Below, piece by piece: positions 33,620 to 41,306 of a stretch of DNA of 64,000 bases. Source of the DNA: an uncultured Chloroflexia bacterium (GTDB taxonomy: Bacteria > Chloroflexota > Anaerolineae > JAAYZQ01); assembly GCA_963700285.1 (NCBI GenBank), contig CAVOXA010000014.1, positions 320,001 through 384,000 of the forward strand, read 5' to 3'. The notes under the pieces were generated by a model, which was not told where the DNA came from, did not search any database, and saw only the letters and a program-made list of their open reading frames with translations. Each line of letters starts with the position of its first letter. Position 1 is the stretch's first letter. A program made the translations under genes and the position numbers.

Positions 33620-34771
33620 TCACCAGAGTTCCATCCAGCTTCGCCCCCACAGGGGCAGGTCCTCCGTACCCTGACAGGTGAGCAGATTCCCATCGCGGAC
33701 CAGGGCTTCATCCCGGTAGTCAATGCCCGCAGCAACCAGATCATCGCGCATCTCTGGGCTGCAGGTCAGGGTACGGCCCGGCAGTATGCCCGCCGAGAGC
33801 AGGACTTTGGGGCCGCGCTCGATGGCGGCCAGCGGTTTGTTGGCGGCTGCCATCTCCTGGATCAACTTCTTCAGGCCCGGATGCCCCCTGATCATCCACG
33901 TCCCCAATCCACCGGGCACAATGAGACCGTCCAGTTGTGAGGCCCGTACAGCCCGCAGTTTCTCCTCGTAGGGGAAATCGTGCGAGTCCACAGCACCCGT
34001 GTCCGCCAGAGCCCTGTCCACCGTGGCCGTATGCCCGCCGTAGTCGGCCCATTCCCAGGCAGGATTGCCCAGCCGGACCGTCATGCCTTCCCGGCGGCCC
34101 AGCAACAGGGCCGTACCCCCTTCCTCCTGAATGCGATACTGGGGGTAAAAGACCTGCATGTCGTTGGTAGCATCTTCAGCCACGATGCCAAAGGTCTTGC
34201 CCCGCAGGCGCTGGCCGGCCCCATCCGGCACAGGGCGATCCTCGACATCGGCAAATGCCTCAAGGACCAGAGGGCAGAACTGGGGCAGGTCAAAGGGAAA
34301 ACGGGCCGTAACCAGCGTGCCATCACGGACAGCGCGGGCCTCGGGGTCATGCACTGCGCCGGTGTGAATCAAGTCGTCCACCATGCTCCAGGCCGCCACA
34401 GCTTTCCGGCCCCTGAGCAGTCCGGCTGAGATGAGGACCTGCTGGCCGTGGCAGATAGCAGCACAGACCTTGCCCCGGTTGAATAGCTGGCGAACAAAGG
34501 CAATCACCCTGGGATTCTGGCGCAGCTTCTCCGGGGCCAGGCCGCCGGGGATCAGGACGCCGTCAAACTCGGCAGCGTCCGCCTGGTCAATCGTTATGTC
34601 GGCCTGTGTCCAGCCGTGGTTCTCCCCGACATACTCGAGCGCGTTGTTGCCGACGACCACCACCTGGGCCCCGGCTTCGCGCATCCGCAGCCGGCTGTAG
34701 TGAAACTCGACCTCGTTGACGCCGCGCTCCAGCAGCACGGCAACGCGCAATCCATCCAGTTGCGTGGACAT
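33620..34771 (-). CDS. Tandem DJ-1/PfpI-domain protein
   Basis: Domain 1: NEVEF, IPGG, AAICHG. Domain 2: VPGG, AAIERG. AGGAG RBS. Confidence 0.88.
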   Translation of the reverse strand: MSTQLDGLRVAVLLERGVNEVEFHYSRLRMREAGAQVVVVGNNALEYVGENHGWTQADITIDQADAAEFDGVLIPGGLAPEKLRQNPRVIAFVRQLFNRGKVCAAICHGQQVLISAGLLRGRKAVAAWSMVDDLIHTGAVHDPEARAVRDGTLVTARFPFDLPQFCPLVLEAFADVEDRPVPDGAGQRLRGKTFGIVAEDATNDMQVFYPQYRIQEEGGTALLLGRREGMTVRLGNPAWEWADYGGHTATVDRALADTGAVDSHDFPYEEKLRAVRASQLDGLIVPGGLGTWMIRGHPGLKKLIQEMAAANKPLAAIERGPKVLLSAGILPGRTLTCSPEMRDDLVAAGIDYRDEALVRDGNLLTCQGTEDLPLWGRSWMELW

Positions 34772-34913
34772 CGTTTCTCCTATTCGGGTGAACCCCTCTC
34801 ACCATTGATATGAGCCGCGGGCACTGTTCAAGAGGCCAATCTACCTTCTCGCTGACCATACCGGGACCTTGCATTATGTTCACTGAGTGGCCAGCGGCAG
34901 GCTTGCTCACCCA

Positions 34914-36218
34914 TCAGGCAAGAGGCTCCAAGGCCACCAGGGCGGCATCGGCGGCATGGGACACGGGAGGCTTGGCCAACAAGGCGCACAGAGAACCTGC
35001 GACAGCAATACCTACCATCAGCACAAAAGCCGGCAGGTAGCTGCCGCTGGCATCCTTGATCCCGCCAACCAGCACGGGGCTCAGTACGGCCAGGACGTTC
35101 CCAGCGGGCATAGAGATGCCCATGATGGCCGCGTAGCGCTTTGAGCCAAAGTAGTTGAGAAATATCGCCGCCGGCAGGACAACCATACCACCGTAGCCGA
35201 TGCCAAAGAGCACCACGTAGATGTACAGGGCGACCAATCCCTGCCCCGCCATCAGGATCAGGAGGCTGAGGCCCATTGTGAGAAGCAAGCCGGCCATCAC
35301 GTACCTGGGCTCCACGCGATCCCCTAACCAGCCAGCGGCGAGCCGGCCTATCACGCTAGAGCCCGCGATCAAACCCAGTGCCGATGCCGCGACTGCGAGG
35401 TCCATACCGGCCTCACCGGCCAGATAAGCCACCTGGTGCGCGGTCATCGCCTGCAGAAGGAAGAACATGACCCCACCAGCCAGCGAGATCAGCCAGAAGG
35501 CTGGGGTTCTGAGGGCAGTCCCGGTTTCCCACTGCCCTTCAGTCTGGTAGACGCAGTTGGCCGGCCGCTGGGCCGCGACGCCAGTCTTGAAGTCCGGTTC
35601 TTGGTTGGCACCGTCCGGCCTCTGCCCTAGCTCCTCCGGTCCGTTCCTCAGCAACAACAGGGACAACAGCACCGGCAGCACCATCAGAAGCGCCAAGGCC
35701 AGCCAGCTTGTGCGCCACGAGCCGGTAGCGCTGACCAGGCCGGCGGCCAGCGTCGTGATGACCAGCCCGCCCAGACCCGCCCCGCTGAGCACCAGGCCCA
35801 GGAACAGCGAGCGGCGGAGCACGAACCAATTGCCCACGAGCTGTTGGGCCGGCAGGCGTGCGCCCAGGGTGACACCCGTTCCCAGCAGAAAGATGAACGT
35901 ATAAAACTGCCAGGTCCTGGTCGTGGTGGACAGAAGGACAAAGGAGCTGGCCACCAGGACAGAGCCGCCCAGAATCGCCAGGCGAGGGCCAAAACGAACT
36001 ACAAAGGCCCCCGCCAGGGGAGCGGTTATCCCGCTAACCAGGGCAAAAACGCTGAAGGCGGCCCCAAAGGCGCTAGCGCTCCAACCCAGGTCTTCAGCCA
36101 TAACCGGCGCAAACACCGCCAGGCCATAGTAGACGCCCCCCAAAACAGCAAAGATCAGAAAGGCCGATACGGCGATCGCATAGCCATAGAATCCCCGGCG
36201 CCAGGCCAGCATAAACAC
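34914..36218 (-). CDS. MFS transporter (paralogue B)
   Basis: Visibly colinear and highly similar to 32015-33325 along its whole length. Confidence 0.9.
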   Translation of the reverse strand: MFMLAWRRGFYGYAIAVSAFLIFAVLGGVYYGLAVFAPVMAEDLGWSASAFGAAFSVFALVSGITAPLAGAFVVRFGPRLAILGGSVLVASSFVLLSTTTRTWQFYTFIFLLGTGVTLGARLPAQQLVGNWFVLRRSLFLGLVLSGAGLGGLVITTLAAGLVSATGSWRTSWLALALLMVLPVLLSLLLLRNGPEELGQRPDGANQEPDFKTGVAAQRPANCVYQTEGQWETGTALRTPAFWLISLAGGVMFFLLQAMTAHQVAYLAGEAGMDLAVAASALGLIAGSSVIGRLAAGWLGDRVEPRYVMAGLLLTMGLSLLILMAGQGLVALYIYVVLFGIGYGGMVVLPAAIFLNYFGSKRYAAIMGISMPAGNVLAVLSPVLVGGIKDASGSYLPAFVLMVGIAVAGSLCALLAKPPVSHAADAALVALEPLA

Positions 36219-36327
36219 TCTCCCTGCACGGCGATGCTCCGGACCGGAGCTTCCGGCTTTGCCATCGCCCGCGATGGAACCTGATGATGATTGAGAGCCC
36301 GTCGGCCTTGTTGGCGGCGGCTGGATC

Positions 36328-36385
36328 CCATTGTATCATGGTAGCCAGCGTGGCGTCAAAGCGCAGGGGGATTCAAACGATCTCA
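36328..36385 (-). promoter_or_regulatory. Promoter, copy 2 of the duplicated promoter/operator
   Basis: Minus strand TGAGATCGTTTGAA...TTGACG-N18-TACAAT. Confidence 0.6.
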
Positions 36386-36516
36386 GTCAGGACAGAGGCA
36401 CAGAAGGGTCCTCGCCTGGCCGCGTGCTAGGTGACCCGGAGCACACACGTCTTTGCGCACAAGGATTTCTCGTCTGGTTCGGCTGAGACCTTCGCCGATG
36501 AGTATTTTCGGCCAGG

Positions 36517-37240
36517 TCAGGTGCGGGGTTGGCCCAGGTGCTTCGCCAGGGAAGCGGCGATGTATTCGGCGTCTTGCTCAATTCCGTAAGCGATGCCAGA
36601 CTTGCGGCTACGGAGCCAAGGGAATCCGATGTAGTACAAGCCAGGCACCGGCGCAACTCCTTGCTCATGGAGCGGGTTTCCTGCTGAGTCAAAGGCCGGC
36701 AGGTGCATCCAACTGAAATCCCCACCAAACCCTGTCGCCCAGATGACCGTACTGACCTCTGCGGCGCCAAGATTCAGCCGGTGCAACGGCGAGACGCAGG
36801 CAGCCTCAGGGTCAGGCGCGTCCGCCGGATCATCCTCGAGGGGCGGCCGAGGGATACCCGCCCGTGCCAAGTAGGCATCGATGCCGTCCTTTCCCCGCTG
36901 CGAAAATTCATCGGCAGACCGCACGTTGGCGGCCGCATCATCGCCCCAGGACAAATGTTCCTGCATTTATGTCCAGCAAGCGACCCAGAATCACAGCCCC
37001 CTGGCGCCCAAGCCCCGACGTTTGTGGCACGGCGGCGCGGGCGATCGACTTGCCCTCCAGGCTGGCGTAGGACACATCGAGAAACTTCATTTCAGCCCAC
37101 CATTCCAGAATATCCCGTCCGCGATAGCGGCGAGGTACACGCCCAAATCTACTGGTGCTCAGATGCACGGCCCTGTCAGACAACAGCAGCTCCTCGGCAA
37201 TCTGGCAACCCGATTGTGCGCTTCCGACGCGGGCATGGAT
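36517..37240 (-). pseudogene. Truncated flavin-dependent oxidoreductase (FMO/CzcO-like)
   Basis: VGSAQSGCQIAEEL, PRRYRGRDI, VIWATGF and PGLYYIGFPWL..RKSG in two frames. The N-terminal FAD-binding half and an internal piece are missing. Confidence 0.7.
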
Positions 37241-37319
37241 GTAGCTTTGGGAACGAGTATTTCTGGCATGCTGGAACGCTGGAAGGGTGGGGTTATCGAT
37301 GGAAGAGGGCAATCCCTCG

Positions 37320-37540
37320 AACTGGGCTGCATCCGCCGCCGTCATTGCCATCTGGCTGGTAGCTGCAGTCGCGATCATATTCATCGTTGCCTATGACAAC
37401 GTGGGGATCTGGCCCGGTCTGATCGCGGCTGCCGCCCTACTGATCGACTATGTGCTCACCGTGGCTGTGAGCATCACGACGGGAGTCGCTGCCTTCACGT
37501 CGACCTTTCCGGCACTGCTCCCCTTCCGGGTGAAGCTCTG
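37320..37540 (+). pseudogene. Fragment of an APC-family permease (YdaO/KimA-like)
   Basis: LIAAAALLIDYVLTVAVSITTGVAA is typical of this family. Only about 70 codons remain. Confidence 0.6.
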
Positions 37541-38173
37541 TCGGGATACCTTGGCGAATCGGATGCTGAACACACGGCCCGGGTATGAGACAGCCTGATC
37601 ATGTCATACGTCGGCCCCATGTATCGCCGAGTCCTGACGGCGGAGATGGCACATCTCCCCTTGCGGTTGCAGGGGATGTGCTGGGTAATCTGCACGGGGG
37701 TATACAGGGGCAGTCAGATCCTCACCGCCCTCAGTTCGTGCCACTGCTCTGGGGCGAGATAATTGGTGCAGGGCATCAGCGGCCATGGTGCCCTCATGGC
37801 CGACGCCGGATTTCCCTACAGGGCCGAAGCCCAGAACAGCTAGCCACACTGGGCAGCGTGCCTCGATGCTTGTGAAGACCTCGAGGGCAGCAGCGAGACA
37901 GCAGATCATTGAGGCGGGCTCTTCTCCCAGTCAGCCGGCCCGGTAGGTTCCTGCGTGCCGGAAAGGGTCATGGGCAAGGTACGCTCCATCCATACTTCTG
38001 ACCGAGGGACCGTTCATTTGGCTGAGCCTCTGTTCATTCTCCGCGTAGGTGTCGCCCACCACGCTGGTCATGAGCGAAGTGAAGGCATCTGGTTCCTCGA
38101 ACAACAGAACCCAGTCGGCATTTCTGTGACCTCCGATCATGGCTTCCTCTATTGGCCGATTGCCAACATTATG

Positions 38174-38809
38174 TCATGTAGGCCTCCTGGCAGCGCCAGT
38201 TCGCAGCCCCTGCCTCCGCACAGGGACAGATGGCAAGGCCTTGACTCCCTTCCTGTCCAAGACGAGATGCACGGCTCTCTCCTCGACGCGCTCGATCTCT
38301 GTAATGGGAATCGCCACCTCTTCTTGGTCCCACAGATGTCCGCCCAAGAGTACCAGGTGGGTAATGTTTCCGCTGGCTGGATCGATCACAAATTCCTCGA
38401 CATGGCCTACGGTCCCGTCGGTAGCAATCACCTGGGTTCCGCGGCGTACGGCGAGTTCGCGGGGCGGGATGGACTTGTGTTTCACCCTCACCCACTTTGG
38501 AACCACGTAGGGATGCATCAGGCACTCGTAGGACTTGTCATCCACATCTGGCATGTCGGCCCGCACAAACTCGGTCAGCGAAAGAGGCCGCATCTCGGAG
38601 AGCTGGCGCCAGCTACAACACAGATGGATCAGGTCATCGGCAGTATCAGTGACATACCTGATGGGGACCAGGCGCTCGATGTGCGGTGACTGCCGCTCCT
38701 TCACAACCACATGCGTTATCTTGTTGTTCGTCGGGTCAATGATCACCAGCGTCGAGTGACCAGCAGGACCATCGGCACATTGTACTTTGGCTTTCATCGG
38801 AATATCCAT
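38174..38809 (-). CDS. PRC-barrel domain protein (two barrels)
   Basis: VQCADGPAG..VIIDP..ITHVVV and VIATDGTVGHVEEFVIDP..ITHLVL. GGAGAG RBS. Confidence 0.85.
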   Translation of the reverse strand: MDIPMKAKVQCADGPAGHSTLVIIDPTNNKITHVVVKERQSPHIERLVPIRYVTDTADDLIHLCCSWRQLSEMRPLSLTEFVRADMPDVDDKSYECLMHPYVVPKWVRVKHKSIPPRELAVRRGTQVIATDGTVGHVEEFVIDPASGNITHLVLLGGHLWDQEEVAIPITEIERVEERAVHLVLDRKGVKALPSVPVRRQGLRTGAARRPT

Positions 38810-39383
38810 CTGCTATTCTCTCCCCTCACTGGAGACTGGCTCATCTCAGGGCCCCATCACTACGACGGAGATCCCATTGGCCCTAATCTCCTGCTCCAGA
38901 CATCTTTGGGCGAATACTCTGCTCCCTCATCGACATCGTACGCCCAACCCAGCGCAAAAGCGTGAATGCTGCTCACTCCTCGCGCCCATTGGCAGGTCCT
39001 TCTCTGTCACCGCCTGCCAAAGCCGAATTGGACTGTTGGCGATTCTCTCCCGTATTGTTCGTGTAACCGACGCCACTACAACGCGCATCGGCAGGAGGAC
39101 CGATTCCTCATAGGACATTTGACCTACCCGGGCAGGGGTAGAATGAGTACGGGTGGCGCCTCTGGCCCAAGGGTGGCAGGCCGGGCCAAGCAAAGGAGGG
39201 CTCCGTACAGGACTCCCCGAATACTCGGACCATCGCCTGCGCAGGTGTGGTATGCATCTGCTGTCTCCTGGTAGACGTTTGCGTCTGGGTGCGCGCCAAC
39301 CACACCCAGCGGCTGACTGGGGGCAGTTGGCGCGACGGCAGTACCGAACTTGATACAGCTAGTTTTGGATTGGCAGGAACTGA

Positions 39384-40601
39384 CTAGCGCCTGCGTCGCC
39401 GAGCTCGAACCTGCAAGGCAGCGTAACTTGCCAGGGCCAGCCCCGAGCTTGCCAGCAATCCCAAGGTCGAGGCCTCAGGTACTACCGGTGGCGGTGGCGC
39501 CGGCACTGGTGTTGACGTCGGGGTGGCCGTACTGGTAGGCGTCGAGGTTGCGGTGGCCGTGGGTGTTGGCGTGGGCGTATACGTCGGCGTCGGCGGTGGT
39601 TCCTCGATCCTCATCCTTCGTCCTGTGGCCAGCAGAATGCCGCTGGCCGGGCGCCAGCTCGGATCCCGAGGATCGACGGCAGATTCTACCTGGAGGCAGA
39701 CCCAGGTGTGGCCGGCCGGTATGGTCACCTGGTTGGTATAGTCATCCCATTGGGGGTCGTCGAAGGAGCCAAAGGGGTAGTCGGGCGGGCCCTGGATCCG
39801 GATGCCAATGACCGGGCCATCTGTTGGGGCATTGACCAGGTCGGTCGGAATCGGATCGGCGTCGGTCCCTGACAGGTACCACAGGGCATTGGGCCGTGGT
39901 TCCTCCTCACCCAGCCGGACGATTTCGGCCGCGAACATGGAGAACTCCATCTGGCGCTCGAAGGGTTGCTCCGTCATGACAACGCAGTTTGCCGCCGTCT
40001 CACCCTGTGGCCCTTCTCCCCAGCCGCGGTAGAAACGGTCCAGGCCATCTCTGATCACCACCTCGCGCACCGGAAGGCTGGGATCTTGATAGACTACCAT
40101 TAGCCCTGCTCCGTCACGCCGTACCATGGACCCGCCAAAATCGGACACCAAGTAAGTATCCTGTCCCGGTCTGATCAGCGACGTAACCTCGGCGACGTAG
40201 ACATAGTAATAGTAATCATCAGCCCAGGGCTTGGGCCCATGGGTGCCGGTATCCGGATCTGCGACCAAGGTCAAGGAGGCGCCGTCGCTACTCCGGACGA
40301 GGGTGACCGTATCATCTCCACCACCAAGTGGAGCGTAGCCAGACCAGTAGAGATAGGCAACCTGGACGGCGGTACCAGGAACGTAGATCTCGATCTCCCC
40401 CGGGCCGGGCCTGAAGCCGCGGTGCATGCCCCGGCCCGCAGCGACGATGCCCCAGCTTCCCTGTCCAGAGAACCGTTCCTGGAGGACCTCCTCGATGTCA
40501 TCCGCCAAAGACAACTGGGGAAGCACCAGCATGCCCAGCATAAGCGCGGTAAGGGCCCACAAGCCCCACCTGCCGCGTACGTGTCCATGCACTCCTCGCA
40601 T
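39384..40601 (-). CDS. Secreted protein with a PT-rich linker and a PEP-CTERM-like sorting tail
   Basis: Signal peptide (..SLA-DD), a domain with AYLYWSG and GAGLMVVY, PTPT repeats, then VPEAST + hydrophobic helix + RARRRRR. Confidence 0.8.
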   Translation of the reverse strand: MRGVHGHVRGRWGLWALTALMLGMLVLPQLSLADDIEEVLQERFSGQGSWGIVAAGRGMHRGFRPGPGEIEIYVPGTAVQVAYLYWSGYAPLGGGDDTVTLVRSSDGASLTLVADPDTGTHGPKPWADDYYYYVYVAEVTSLIRPGQDTYLVSDFGGSMVRRDGAGLMVVYQDPSLPVREVVIRDGLDRFYRGWGEGPQGETAANCVVMTEQPFERQMEFSMFAAEIVRLGEEEPRPNALWYLSGTDADPIPTDLVNAPTDGPVIGIRIQGPPDYPFGSFDDPQWDDYTNQVTIPAGHTWVCLQVESAVDPRDPSWRPASGILLATGRRMRIEEPPPTPTYTPTPTPTATATSTPTSTATPTSTPVPAPPPPVVPEASTLGLLASSGLALASYAALQVRARRRRR

Positions 40602-40942
40602 GCCACACTCCTTTCATGATCCAGAGAATTCCCGTCCACGTGACCCTCGGAACGGCTGCCTTTCGATCATGTCCTCAAGGCCCACTGACCAGAGAGCTGC
40701 TCTAATGCTGATCATTATACACGAGATCTCGCAACAGTGCAATCTCCTCGCTCCATTATGGTACAGCCGCCAGTTAGGGAAGCTTGTACTTACGATGCCC
40801 CCAACGTTCGGGCCGTCCTCAACGGCCAGGACACCAGCAGCCAGCTCGTCTGTACCCATGGATCTTTCACAGAACAGGTATAGGCTTTTCCCTGCTCAAG
40901 CCCAGTCCATTAACAAAAAGTTTCTGTCTGTTTCAAACCAAT

Positions 40943-41041
40943 GGAACCGGTCACGGACCGGTTCCGAGCCAAGGGGAAGACTGGGGGAAAGGCAAAGACC
41001 AGCAGTTCGACCTCGGAGGTCTCGAGCAGGCCTCCGAGGTC
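40943..41041. repeat. Two REP-like hairpins
   Basis: GGAACCGGTCACGGACCGGTTCC (40943-40965) and GACCTCGGAGG...CCTCCGAGGTC (41009-41041). Confidence 0.5.
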
Positions 41042-41306
41042 TGATGGCGAGAACCATGCAACGAATGCGAGCCTCAGGTATCCCAACCCAAACCGCCCGC
41101 ACCAACGAACGGCCGGCCCCCTGCCGAACCTGACAGCGAACGCGCCCATCCCGCCTGACGTCGCCCGCATTGCCAAGTGTCTTGCGCAACCCGCCCAATC
41201 CCCCTTTGCCCCCTACAGTCTGCAATGGTATAATCAGTACACCGGCACAGACTGGTCCGATCTCATTCCAGACGGGTCCAACTTGAGGGATCAGGATTCG
41301 GAGCAT

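Noticed and set aside
36361-36385. tRNA 3'-end/att site (TTTGAATCCCCC on the minus strand)
   Set aside because: There is no paired T-stem, cloverleaf or CCA, and no integrase nearby. It is treated as part of the duplicated promoter.
39490-39600. Tandem GGCGT/GGTG repeats
   Set aside because: They encode the Pro-Thr linker of the secreted protein.
40941-41306. N-terminal extension of the kinase ORF
   Set aside because: It runs through REP-like hairpins and the promoter (TGGTATAAT at about 41226). The zinc ribbon starts at 41307.
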